Shown here: piece by piece, positions 37,577 to 51,500 of the stretch
How the letters are laid out: every line of letters starts with the position of its first letter
Position numbering within the stretch: position 1 is the first letter of the stretch
Origin: Sphagnum compactum
Taxonomy: Eukaryota
Assembly: GCA_965153455.1 (NCBI GenBank)
Contig: OZ234493.1
Location: 2,790,001 to 2,854,000, forward strand
DNA length: 64,000 nt
Direction of reading: 5' to 3'
Notes under the pieces: generated by a model
Told to the model about the DNA's origin: nothing
What the model saw: the letters and a program-made list of their open reading frames with translations, nothing else
Database searches by the model: none
Made by a program: the position numbers and the translations under genes

Positions 37577-37896
37577 GTAACTGCTTCTTATCTTGCAAGA
37601 AAAATTAAATAATATATAATATATAATATATGTATATATGTATATATATATATACAAAATAAAATAATAAAGTAATAAAAAAATCCAAAATGCACTCCCA
37701 CTTTCTCAAGATACTCTCTTTGCTTGCACCAACAACTTCACAGCAAATTTTCACACAAATTTGGAATTTTTGGTTGTTGCAAAGGAGCTAGCTCCAAAGA
37801 GCAAGAACGAGAGTCTGAGAGAGAGAGAGAGACACACACACACACACACACACACACAGAGGGAGTCCATTGAGCTTGAGACTTTGCTTAGCTACA

Positions 37897-39416
37897 ATGG
37901 GACGAGCTCCTTGCTGTGACAAGATAGGTTTGAAGAAGGGACCTTGGACACCAGATGAGGATCAGAAGCTGGTGGATTACATCGCTAGCTATGGCCATGG
38001 CAGTTGGCGAGCACTTCCCAAACAAGCTGGTACGTAGCACTCAGGCATTATTACTAGACACATTCCTTTCTTTCATTCATTCATTCATGATCAGCAATTT
38101 TTTCTCTCAAAAGATGTTGCCATGATTCTCGACTGGGTACCCAAGTTTGCAATTCTAGCAGCTACAACATTGTTCTTGAATCCTGGAATATTGTCCTAGA
38201 AACAACTCTTTTGAAAGAATGCTGTGTTTGACCTCGCATCAGATTCAGATTCAGATTCAGACAGATTCTTTTGTCAACTCTTGTGTCCAGAGTTTGTAGA
38301 ATGTGTTAGAGAGCTCAGGTAGGTGGGTCCAGTAGTTCAACAAGTACTTGGGGTGAGGACTTGGAGGAGTTCATACTTCAATGTGTGTCTAGGAGTGCTG
38401 CAGCTCAGCTCGAATATAAGAGAGAGCGCAGAGAGAATGAGGAGAGCTTACAGTTTACTATTTGTAGTTGTTGTTGTTGTCTTGAATGCCAAAAAAAAAA
38501 AAAAAAACTTTGGATTGTACATGGATTTTTATTTTTTTTCACTTGTCTATCGACGTGCCTGTGCAGGTCTTCTTAGATGCGGGAAGAGTTGTCGGTTAAG
38601 GTGGACCAACTACTTACGCCCGGACATTAAGCGTGGAAGATTCTCTCTGGAGGAAGAGCAAATGATCATTCATCTACATGCCATTCTCGGCAACAGGTAA
38701 GTACTGTGAGCAGCAGCTGCATGAAAGTCCTCCTCACCTCCGGAGTCTTCTGATCTCTCTCCATTAGGATTTCAACATTTATAGTTGTTCAGCATGGTTT
38801 GGATTCTGAAGCTTCTTGTGGTGATGATGGGTAAGAGCTCATGTGGAAATTTGTTTTGTGTATGTGTAACTTGCAGATGGTCAGCTATAGCTGCACATTT
38901 GCCTGGTCGCACTGACAACGAAATCAAAAACTACTGGAACACACACTTGAAGAAGCGTCTAATGCAGATGGGCATCGACCCTGTGTCGCATCATCACAAG
39001 ACAAGCACTGATGATCAGTCTAGTTTGGAGCATCTCGCCGCCCGCGACGTTGTCCAGTCCCAGTGCACTACCAGTCCAGATATAATTGTGTCAAAGCCTT
39101 TGATTTCTTCAAAGCTTAGCCATATGTTGCAGTGGGATAGCGCACGCTTGGAAGCTGAAGCACGACTCGCCAATGAATCAGCTTCCCAGCCCAAATGTTC
39201 ACAGGTACATAGTCGTCCCGGGCCGAGCTTCCTGCAAACTCCAGTCTTCTTCTTCTTCTTCCTTCTTCATCTCTTTCCCTGATCAGCTCTTCTCAAGTGG
39301 GTTTGCTTCAGTTTTTGTGGTAGACCTGTAGTTTGGTCTGGAGTTGTTCTTGTTGTGTTTGTTTCCTGGCTGTGGCTTTTGGGTCCAGGGTTCTAGAGGA
39401 GCATCGATGATCTGCG

Positions 39417-39461
<45 letters not shown>

Positions 39462-40956
39462 GATCCTCGATCTCTGAGGAAGTTTTTCATTTTTGCAGCT
39501 TGGAGCTAAAGTGGATTTGATCAGCAACAGCAGCAGCTCCTTGGATCATATTCCCAACACATTGCTGGCGCACCTCGTGAGTAGCTCCGATGCCTTGATG
39601 GGGTCGTGGAAAAACCAGCAGGTTGCTCATGAGGAATCCTTGCTGCAACAAGACTTGGGCCCGGGCATGGTGAACCTAGTGGAGCTTGAGAAAGGCGGCG
39701 CTGTAGTACCGGCAGCTGTTGCAGGGCCGGATCTGCATCATGTTGACAACAACAGCAGCTGCTTCCAGAAGTCCTTGCTGCAGGAGTGGGAGTCGATGCA
39801 TGCGACTCCAGGACCAACGGGCCTGAAGATCTACGACTCTTTGGCCATGCACGCGGGTCTGGCTGCTACAGATTCTCCAGTGTTCAACCAGGCAGCTGAG
39901 AGGCGAAGTCCTGCAGCAGGCTTGCAAATATTCCAAAGTCTTCCTGAAGCTGCTGCTGCTGCTGCAGCTGAGACAGCTGAAACAGCTTCAGATCCGTTCC
40001 AGCAGCTTCCGTTGCAGCAGCAGTGCCCACTGTCGAATCTATCAACTTCTTCTCTGAGGCAATATGCAGATCTGGTAGATCATCAGCAGCAGCACATGAT
40101 ATCACCCACCTCCACACTCTGCTCACTTGATCATCAAGCTCATCATCAAGGACTCTCCTCAGCCTCTATTAGCAGCAGTACTAGTCCTGTAGCAGCAAAC
40201 TCGGTGGAACTCCTTCATGCTGGTTCTTACTTGCAGAAGCCTGCTGCTGCAAATCATAGTTTCGTTCTCAACATGATGCAGCTTCTCAAAAACTCGGTGC
40301 AAAGCTCATCAGGAGGTTCCCTAGAAATCTCGTGTAACCAGAGTTGTTCTGGGACCACCACCACTGGACTCGTGCAGCACGGCCCCCCAACCACAATCAG
40401 TAGTCCCATGTTTTCATCAAGCTCTGCAAGCTCACAAAGTCCTCCATCACCATGGCAGCAGCAGCAGTCTCTGAATCATGACCACAAGAAGGTGGAAGAG
40501 TCTATCAAGCTCCACCTTCATGCAGCAAGCCCTGGAATATCAGCCTCAAGCCTAATCTCAGCAGAAACTCAGGAGAAGCAGCAGCAGCTGAATCTTATCT
40601 CAAGATCATCTTTGAGCCCTCAGACAACCAGCAGCAGCAGCAGCATCATCTCCCACAGCTGCTCTTCATCAGCAGCAGCTATGTCACAAATCCCTGCTGC
40701 ACCCTCAGAGCTTCTCCTCATGGATCACATTCCAGGCCAGTCCGACTACACCAACATGAGTCGACCCAGCTCATGTGTGAGCCAGTCTGAAAGCTCTTCT
40801 GCTACTACTGTGGCTGGTACTTGGTCTCAGCTTGGAAGCTCAATGGAAAGCAAAGAGTATTGGACCAACATGCTGCAACTGGTTGGTCCTCCTGCCAGCT
40901 GCTGCAACCAGATCCTCACCTGTGCAACAACAGTCCCCACCATCACAAACCATTGA
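37897..40956 (+). CDS. R2R3-MYB transcription factor, subgroup 9 (MIXTA/MYB16/MYB106/MYB17-like), ~682 aa
   Basis: Exons 37897-38029, 38567-38696, 38877-39204 and 39499-40956 (GT-AG, canonical 133/130-nt first exons). R2R3 repeats [54 protein letters not shown]. Subgroup-9 motif [16 protein letters not shown] and C-terminal YWTNMLQLV. Confidence 0.93.
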
Positions 40957-43900
40957 AGTTTTACACAAATTAGATCTATCAAGCTGGTGAGCTGCAACTC
41001 TTCAAGCTCATGATAATTACTTAGCAAGTTCAATTCTGGAGCTCATGACTAGACTGAAACTGCTGCTTCATCAATCTTGGAGCTCAGATCATGACTCTGA
41101 ACCAGCAGCAGCTTCTTCAGTCTTGGAGCTCAATCATGGGCTTGGAGCTTTCTTACCCATCATCAGATCTCTACCCAACATTGAGCAGTTGGACCACACA
41201 AACACAACAATTCAAGCTTTCTCAGATTTTTGTGAGCACCTGGAGAACTTCTCCAATGAAAATTTCAGACCAGCTGCATGCACTGGAGGAACTGCAGATG
41301 CATTTGTTGGCCCAAACTGAGGCCCATCTCTGCACAAGTTCTGCTATCCACCCACCCCAAAACAAAAACAAAACAAAAGAAGTCATCAATTTTTTTAAAC
41401 TTATTTCCTGGAGAGAATTAGCCTAACAACCCTAGAGACATACATGGAGCTTGAAACTGAAGATTTGTCAAGGTTTGAGTAGACTAGCATTTGACACTAA
41501 ATTTTAAATTTTTTTTTGCTGGTGGCAGAAGACACAATTCCAGAGTCTCACACAGAATGTGGAAATCAGAGATGTATCAATTACACAAATTTATTGCTCA
41601 CAGAGAGAGCTCCCGATTGCTTGCTCACAAAGCACTGAGCTCCTGGTTGCAGGTTCAGCTGAAGGGGAGGGGGGGGGTGGGGTTGGTGTTTCAAGAGTCT
41701 AAGATGTAGGAAATTTACCCATAATTTGGACAAATTTGAGGAGTTTGATGATCTGATGAGCATTCATTCATGAACATTCCATGTGACACCAGTGAGTGCC
41801 ACAAAACAACTTCTTTTATGATTTTTGTTTTGTACAGCACACAATAGTGCAATTGTAAGAGACACCAATGACTCAATTCTCCTCAATTAAATTCATGACT
41901 TCTGCTACAATTTGATACTTACTTGTCCCTAACAAATTTGGGCTTTTTGCATCCAGGATTTCTTGCAAGCTTGCTTATTGGTGTTGTTGAGAGAACTTGC
42001 TACTTTGTGTGAACATAAATGCACTTTTAGTTTCACTAAAAAGTGTAGGGTAAAGCCCTAGGGTGGGGACATACGCTTAACTTATTGTAAAGCACAAGGC
42101 CAATGTTCTCATGAACCTACTCATACACATGTCATGAGGCATGGTGCTAGAAGAGATGTGACTTATCTATTTTGATTGAAAATTTGTATATAAGTGTTAT
42201 TTGATTTGAATAATAAATAGAATAAATAATGATTGATATTTTTATTTAATATTATATATTTTAATTTATTATTAAAAGTAATAGGTCAGTTTGAATAGTT
42301 AGCCTAAGTAGACTAACCATTGCAAGCATGAGAAGTTGAGCCTTTCACCTCCACCTTTGGGCCTACTTTCATCCCTCATCCCCTCTTTCAAGGGCACCCA
42401 CAAAGTAATGAAATTGTATTAAATCTCAATATGAAATGCTGAAATTAAACATTTAATGCACAGAGTTTGAGAGTAATTATAGTACTAGTTGTACAAGTAG
42501 GAGCAATGAAAATATATGTAACAACAATGGAGGCACCAAGGGAAAAGGAAAGACATGATGAAACTCAGTTTGCCACCAAAATTGATGGAAAAACTAATTT
42601 GGGTCCCAGTTATTTCATTTTTTTTAAAAATTCGTTCCCAATTATGCATTTGGTGCCCTATTATGCTAAAATTGGCCGTTCTCACCCCCTAATTGTGAGA
42701 CTTTATGAATAACTTTATTACTATGAACATGTTTGTTCAAAACATATTTTACACTAAGTTTATTGAAGTAAATAGGAAGGTAGATAATAGGTAAATAGGT
42801 TGTAAGTTTGTAGATGATCAATATTTCCATACACCTGTTTACTTACATACTAATTACATCCATAACAATAAGGTCAACCTAGGGGAGCCTACACACCTAC
42901 ATGCCAATTAGGCACATCAAAATCTTTAAATAACATTAAAAATAATTTAAATCTAGCAAATGACACATTGTAGGTCACATTGACTTACACCATGTTGGCA
43001 CCACACATGCCACGTGTAAATGTATTGTTCAATTTTATTAAAAACCAATCAACTTAGTCATATTGGACATACTTACTTTGGAAGGGGGATGGAGAAAATT
43101 TTATCTTCTTAAGTCATTTTGGACGTTAAGGCCGTAAAAAAAAATGATTTTGTAATAGTGAAATTTGAAACCTAGAGTAGAGTTTACACCCATGGCAAAA
43201 GTGCAAGTGCGAGTGAAAGTGGGAATTTGAACAAAAATAGGGGTTTAAGAAATCCCAAACCAAACCTATCATGAAGGTAGAAGTCACACATGGTGGTATA
43301 GGTCCAAAATATCATTGTAAACATGAAAAGGCAAAGGCTTAAATGGGAAAATAATTGAAGGGGGGAGTAGGGGTGGGGGTAGGGATTGGGAACAAAAACT
43401 TTTGCAGGGAATTTATACAACATATGACCACTTTGCTTGCAATTCGCCACAAAAACAAGCCTTGTGCATTCAAAATACGAAGTTGAACATCAACACCTAT
43501 CACCATGTTGAATTCAAAGAATTTATCCAACAAGTATGGAGGAGATTGCAAAATAAATCTAGAAGATAATTGAACAATGGTAACATGTATTTTAGTAGGT
43601 GGTTAAGGCCCAAGGATGTGCTACATAGTTTTTTTTGGATGTGGATGTGGATTAGATGACTAAACCCAAATTTGGTCCAACTTTTAGAACCTTTACACCA
43701 TGAAAACACCAAAAGCCATGTACCTGATATATATGTAATGAAGGCATTCATGAAATAAAGGTGCCAAATGCCCCATGTCCAACCATAGATTCAATAACAA
43801 ATATACCCATAGGTGAAATCACACATGTGGCACCTATGGTGCAATCTCCACCATTGATGTTGTGAACGAAATCACTTATATCAATGAATTAGTTGACATT

Positions 43901-45548
43901 TTAAGAACATTTTTTGTAGTAGTGATACACACAAACAAAATCAATGAATATAAATTTGAAAATTAAAAAAAATTACAAAATTCACAATCAATTGCATAAG
44001 AATTGAAGCAATGTTTGAATCCTATATATGTCGACACTATAAACCTCAACTATGATAACGCAAGATTGTTAACTGCATTGCAACATAGCAAAAGGAAGTG
44101 CAAGTTCTTGCACATGATACAAATTCCAGGGAAATCAAAACAAGAAAGTAGAGGCAATCAAATTTGGAAAACTATTATATTCTTGTTCTCATTAACACAA
44201 AAAGGTTGGGGCACATGGCAAACTTGGAGACCATTGGTTCAAGAGACAATATGGAAACTAAAGCCATGCACAACAAAAATTCATTTTTTAGGTTATCATG
44301 GAAGTTGGTTCTGGGACATTTTGGAATGGCTTAGGGTTAATGCACGTTACACTAAACCAAAATGGAAGTCACAATGGCAAATCTTGCAATGTGTGTGTAA
44401 TTCAAATGGGGGTAATGTGTTTTAAAAACTATAATTAACAATTTAAGGACTTTAGAAATTTGAACTTATTAAATTGAATACATGTATATGATATAAGTAT
44501 TTTTTGTGCATAATACATAAATTTTAAAAAGGTGCATGTTAGTGTGGCTACACCCAAATTGTATCTAAAATGAACATTAGGTATTTTAAAACTAATAAGA
44601 AAAGGGACTTCAAAATGGTCCAATCATTGATATTATGGTTGTTAAGGACTCAAATTTAATCAAATAATATATCAGTGAAAACAAGTTTCAAGAATTCACA
44701 CCACATCAATTGTATGATTTGTATGGATTTTTTTTTGTCATTGTGAATAGTGGTTTTTAATAAAGTCCATATCATGTTAAACAAATGTATTTAAAACCAA
44801 ATTTGTATACACATGCACACAAAATAATGAACTCTAGGTGGGTTTGAACATAGATGAAAACAATTGCTCAAAATTAATGGATTGTTTTACCCAATTACCA
44901 CATCAATCTAGAACAACAAAACTTGAATAAAATACAAAGGAAATGCTTCCTAAATGGACTTATGGGGACATTTTTTAATTTATTTTTTCAATTCATTCAA
45001 TCTTTCACTCAATATTGGAACATCATCATGAAGGACAACTTCAATTTGGGATTATTATAACACTTCACCAAATTGTATTATGACATGATTTATATGGTCA
45101 TGAGTGACAAGTCATGCATAAATCCCTCACATTCTAAAGATTTCATTAGGTCAAATGATAAGATATACCATGTGCAACCAAATATTTGTAATCAAATGTT
45201 AAATCAATAGTTGATGTTCAAAAAAATTCAATGATTTGTTCCAAGTAAAAGACATTGAGAGGAAAACATCTCCATTCCCTGGCCAATCCCAATGTATAGC
45301 AAAGTCTAAACATTATAGAAAAGGATAACAATTAAACAAATCCCAAGTTCACTACACATTTCACTTTGTCACAAATTCCAATTAAAAACCCACTTTAAAT
45401 AACCTTCCAATTTGAACCTTGTTTAAACCCAAATTCATGAATCCAACCACATAAGACTAAAACAAATTATTCAAGCTTTTCATGCATTCTAAGGATAATT
45501 GTTTTTATACAACCAAACAATGTAAACAAAATTGTAGAGCCATTTAAC

Positions 45549-46335
45549 GATGATGATGATGATGATGATGAAACCCTAGTAAACACCATCAAAGAAAGCA
45601 CCCAACAAAGGGGGAAAGGCAGAATAAAAAGAGAGGACCTAAGTCCAAGCCATGAGAACAAAACCCAAACAAGTTCACAAAAAGGCAAAAGAACAAAGTA
45701 TGTTCCAAAGCCTCCACCAGTCACAAGAAACATTTTTTTTTTTTTAAAGGAAAGGGAAACCTAAAAAACCAATAAGCTTGAAAACGCCTACACCTACAAT
45801 GATGGCATGCTTCAAAAAAAAAATGACATGCGTTCTTTACGAAACTACCAACAACTTTTGCTTATAAATGGCATGTGGAACTTCTAAACAAGGACCACCA
45901 ATGCCCTTTGTTAATCACACCATGTTAGCACATCAATGAAGAAAATTGTCCACTTGTTGATGTAGGCAACCAAAAACCTTTATGGCAAGGGGAAGAAACA
46001 CATCTATCAAATGCGGATCGTGGTAAAAAATCCTTCCATCATTTACATCACAACCATTGTGGCTACTTTGTGAAATGAAACAATATGTGAAACCAAATTT
46101 GTTCAAGTGGGATTGGCAATGACCACAATGGGTAAAATGTGAATGTCATTAGTCAATAACACGATGTCAATATGCCAACAAAATGACTAAAGGGAAGGCA
46201 ATTGAAAGATTGAATTTATTCAGATGAAACATGAAACCTCATTTCTTTCATGATGGAAGTAAAGGCATCCAAATGACGTCATGGGATGTAGTTCGTTCCC
46301 ACCATGGGTTGTAGTCCGTTCCCCACCATGGGAAG
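45549..46335 (-). mobile_element. 5'-truncated non-LTR retrotransposon, restriction-like endonuclease (RLE) clade, with (TCA)n tail
   Basis: The minus strand translates, with stops and shifts, to HGG..TSHDVI.DAF...HIDIVL..VVIANPT...FLPLAIKVFGCLHQQVDNFLH. This is followed by a U-rich 3' UTR ending GGGTT(TCA)n, seen as a (GAT)7 tract at 45549-45569. Confidence 0.7.
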
Positions 46336-48059
46336 ACAATGAATAATTTCAACATTAAAAGCATAGTGTGATTTTTAAAAAAGTATACCCACAAAAATCT
46401 TGTTGAAGTAATAAAAAATAGAAACTTAGGGACATGGCACTTGTGGATTCAAAAAATTGCATGCACATGAGGTCAATTGGGTGTGTCCATATTAATAGGA
46501 GCCATAAGACACATAACCAATGCTTAGTTTTTCATGTTTTGTGTCAAAAATTTATTAATGTTGCAAACTTTTAATTTGTTCACATCATAATGTTTTTAAT
46601 ATATTATGGAAACATGTGGTATGATTTGGAATGAATTTAATGAGGATAGAATATTCAAAAGCATTTATTAAATATTGTAACCAATATCTATTAATCATTA
46701 TAAATACTTTTACTTTTAAGGAGATTCTTTTTAAATTACATATTGTGGGGAAGGTTTTTTAAACACATATTTACATAATAGTATATAGTAACATCTTTTT
46801 GAATTATATTTGATTTTCAACCTCCAAAAAAAATATTTTAAAAATATTTTGGGAATATTCTAAAATAAGTAATCACATAAGTGAATGAGTGTGGCTCCTA
46901 TTAGCATGGAAGTACCCAACTTACAAATTGAAAGGAAACAAACATTATAAACACAATAAGACATTCTAAAGCAACAACTAAAGTATTTAAAATAAATTCA
47001 CAATAAATAAATCAACAAAATTCAAAGAGGCATGGTTTAAGCAATTACAATTTTGACGAAATTGATGGCCTAAATATTCAAAAAATTTACCAAATCATAA
47101 GGGGTACTTATAACTAAACAAGGTCATCATGTGACAATCCATTAACAAACATTGAAATCAAGTTAGAAGAAAAATTTATGCATCAAATGCAAATATGTTG
47201 AATTCATATTTTTGTGCAATTGTCATTTTGATCTACTAACATAACATGCTAGCAACTATCAATGGCATTGTCACTAGAAGAAAAATTGTCATTTGCAATC
47301 AATTTTTGCAACTAAAATGTCATTTGCAATTTTAAAATACATCTGCGACTTAAATGAAATTGTAAACAACATTTTTTAGTTATAAGCAATAGTTTGTCTT
47401 TTATTATGTAGCAAGCTAATTCTTCATATTTCAATGATTCAATTTTCAATAAAGTTATTGACCTTGATTACTAATAGATTCTTCAAACTAATGTATTCTA
47501 ATTTGGTTTTTATTCTTCCATGCCTCTAGGTCTTATACTACTTCAATCCACTACGTCAAAAAATGACATCCATGATTTGGACATTTTTGCAACTATGACT
47601 AAGTTTTAACCATGTAATCATATATTTAGTCATGTAACACAACTTGATCATGTTTACAATTACATGACTAAGTCATGTCATGAAGCTCACAACTACATGA
47701 TTAAGGCACATGGTTTGACTTCAAACCCATGTTTGACCAAATAACAAAACATATTGGACATGTTAAAAAGCTAAGAAATTTTTATATGTAAAATGATTGT
47801 AACTTAATTGCATGCACTTAAATGTAATTTTTGTTAATAATTATTAGGAAAATCATTATTTTTATAAATAATTTTTAAAATTTCAAATGTAGCCCTCAAA
47901 AAATTTAATCAAAAAAATTTATAATCATTAACCAATTGTGAATGATCATGAATATTCAGATTTTGCACATGAATCACAAAAATAAACTTAAATCAACATT
48001 AAACATTGAGCCTTTTCTCCTTGGAACCAATATTAAAGTACATTCACATTAGGTTATGC

Positions 48060-48560
48060 ATAAGTTTTGCCTTGGTTAATCTAGGTTTTACCTTGGTTAC
48101 TAGGTTTGATTTGGGTTTAATCTAAATTTAATTTAAGTTTAGCTTCTAGGTTTAAATTAAATTTAATTCAAATTTAACTTAGAGGTTTGACCTAAGTTGA
48201 ACGTAGGTTTAACTTTAACATTTAACCTAAGTTTAACATTTACATTTAACCTAAATTTAGTTTATAGGTTTAACCTATGTTTAACCTCTAGGTTTATCCT
48301 AGTTATAGTCTATCATAATTAGGTTTAATCATGTTTACTAGGCTTAACCTGAATTTAACTGAGGTTTAACCTCAAAATTTAACATAAGTTTAGTTTTTAA
48401 ATTTATCTTAGGATTAGCATTAAAGTTTAACTTAAGTTTAACCTATAAGTTTAACCTTTGAATTTAACCTAAGTTTAGCTTTTAGTTATAATTTAGGTTT
48501 AATTTTAAAATTTAACTTGTAGGTTTAGCATAGGTTTAGTTCAATTTAACTTAAATAACT
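48060..48560. repeat. Degenerate array of palindromic AGGTTTAACCT-type subunits
   Basis: Many variants of (A)GGTTTAACCT/AAGTTTAAC in about 500 bp. Confidence 0.75.
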
Positions 48561-51500
48561 TTTGTCACAAACTTTCAATATAATGAAATTTCAATAGAAT
48601 CCATGTGAAAGTCATAAAACAATGTTTGTACAAAAAAGATTTGGATTCAAAATGTCAAAATGGCATGACATATATATATATATATAATTTCTATATAAAT
48701 TATGTGTTTGTTTTATTTATGGTGTTTTGATGTGAACTACATACAATTTACATTTTAACTAAATTCGTGCAATTATCATGATGTAAGTTTGCATAAAATA
48801 TGCAATTTTGTGTATTACACATGAACATTCACGTATGTCATTCAAAAACAATGTTTCATTTGTTTGAATATTTAAGGTATTGAATATGTGCAAATATTGT
48901 TCATTTTAACCATAACATGGAATTCATATGATTTTTGTACGAACCTATGAAAATTAAATTTCATACGAAATTTATATGAACCTATGAAGCTTGGTAAGTT
49001 TGTGATGTTATGTTATATTAGGTTGACTTACAATAACCTAAAAGGGTTTAATTTAGCCTCAAAGTGAAGGTGAAGGGTTTAAATCCTTGCAGTTCCAATT
49101 TAAAACTTAGGTTCCTTGCCTAGGTAGCTTATGTAATGTACTTTCGGTTTATTTATTATTTATATTGCCTATGTTAAGTTGCTTAGCTTAAATTTCCTAG
49201 CGGAAACAACTTTTTAACTAAACTAAGTTCTTTGAACTAGGTTTCCTTGGTTTAAATTGTCACGTGCCATCACATGATTGCACCAAAAATGTTCATTTCC
49301 TAATTTTAAACTACCACATAAGTGGTCAATAAATTTTTTAACTTAAAATAAATTGTCATGTGACAACTCATAAATGAACAATAAATTTCTGAATTTAACC
49401 TAGGCTGCCACATGGCAACAAGATATTATTTAAGAATTTTCTTTAATATTTTAAAAATTACATCTTAATCATTGGTTGCATTTTCTATGATTGTTATTTG
49501 ATTTAATATTATAAAATTCGATGACCATGATTACATAATCTTTTAAAATTGTAATCATCTATCCATGATTGTGATCATGAAATTAATATGGAATGGCATA
49601 TACAACTATATTCGTGGTTATCACTAGATGACGTAAATGACAAGTCTGAATTGATTAAGTAGCCATTTAATTTCTAAAACATATACAATGAAAGCTTTCA
49701 GTCATGAATGGAATCATAGATGTTGCATTTTGGTGTAATGATTTGAATCACCCTCATGAGTAGTTCAAAATTCACCTCTTTCAACCTAAAGATTAAATTG
49801 TGGAAAAGATAATATGTAGTGAAAACATTCAAAACAATTGTAATATGCAACTATGTTTTTAAAATAATAACCTTTCTCTAAATGTTTGTTTCAAAATATT
49901 GAAATCATTTTCAACCATGTTTATCCCCTCGAGATTATGCTTATGATTATATTTATAAGTTCCAATTTAACAATATTATATTCTCATCATTGTGTAAGGC
50001 CCATCGTGAGCCATGGATGCTTGAGGGGTAACCTTTGTCTACTCGAGCAAATAAGGTGATATACCATCTTGTGAACCTACAACTCCTATTAAACAATCCA
50101 GCATATAATCCAAACAAGTTTCCAATCAAATAGTAATTATTTACACTACATGGCAATCGAACATAAAAATTTGTAATTTTGTAATCATGTTATAAAAAAG
50201 CCGATAGTGCCTCCTTAAATGATTCCTTCAAAAGTAATGTGTTAGTTAGTCATGTTAATATGGTAAAACAACATTGGTTATTCAAGGAAAATATTATTGA
50301 TTCAATGATTCATAAATTGAAATAAGTTTTTTTATAAAAGTTATGACCCAAAAAATCATTTAATTGTATTATTATATTAATGTTCATGTATTAACACCTT
50401 TCCAAAAATATGTCATTTTCAAATATTTTCAAGTTATAAAAAGACTCTTTAAGCAATGAAAACATCAAAGATTACAATGCTTTAAAAGTGTTTATGGGTA
50501 TTTTATATTCACTATATATTGAGTTCAAACTTATCCATATCTTTCCCTAATATACTATGAATGTTTTCATATAAGTAAATCTAAAAGTTTCAATATTAAC
50601 TTAACTTATCACCTTAAAACATGAAATATTAAACAATGGTCAAAAGTATTTTGGTACGATATATTTATTTGAAATTTTTTAATACACAAGATTCATGCAT
50701 ACTTTATGTTATTTGTATCCTAGTTTTGAGAACAAACAAGATCTTATTATAAAACCAATTGAATTATAACCTTTAGGTTCAACAACCAATACATTTTTAT
50801 TTGTGCATAATTTTACAATTTAATTAAAAATCATGAAGACTTCCCTAAAGTAGGAAACTCAAATTTTAACATGAATAATTTTTTTTGTATTTTTTGTTAT
50901 TTTTTGAAATCAAATGCTTCATTGCCTATAGATATCAAAAATTGTTTCTTTCAACATTTGGAAATGTTCAATCCACCTAATCTTGTCATATGATGTCAAC
51001 AAGAAACGGTTGAACCATGTAGTATTCCAAAACAATGTTTTTATTTGCCAATTTGTTTATGGAGCCCAAATGGTGACCATCTAGAAAAACATTTAGCCAA
51101 ATTTCGCTACATACCATATACGAACTTATAAATAAATTAAAGATCCTTCTATATTTATAACTAACTAATGGAACTTGTCATTAACATCTCAAACTTGGAT
51201 TTTTTTTCAAAATCTATCAAATGTGGGCCATTTTATTTATAAATATATATTTGTATAAGTTGAAATCATGCTTTTCAAATTAAAATTTGTCAAATTTTCT
51301 CCACTAAAAAAATCATTAATTTGAGGTTTTATTCAATCTCTTAATTCTTCATTGATTGCCAACAAGTTTAAGAAAAATCTATAATCATACTTGTAAGGCA
51401 ACAAACATTATCAACATATTAGAAGTTGTAACTTGTTTGAATTTATAACATCTTGCAAAGTTATTATCATTAAAATGATTTTTTACAATGTTTGAATGAA

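Noticed and set aside
43146..43924. CACTA element termini (..TAATAGTG at 43160, ..TAGTAGTG at 43924)
   Set aside because: Both face the same way, and no matching opposite end or 3-bp TSD was found.
49010..49110. tRNA or tRNA-derived SINE (GGTTTAAATCC B-box-like; related inverted copy ~42320-42366)
   Set aside because: No cloverleaf, clear A box, tail or TSD; too degenerate to call.
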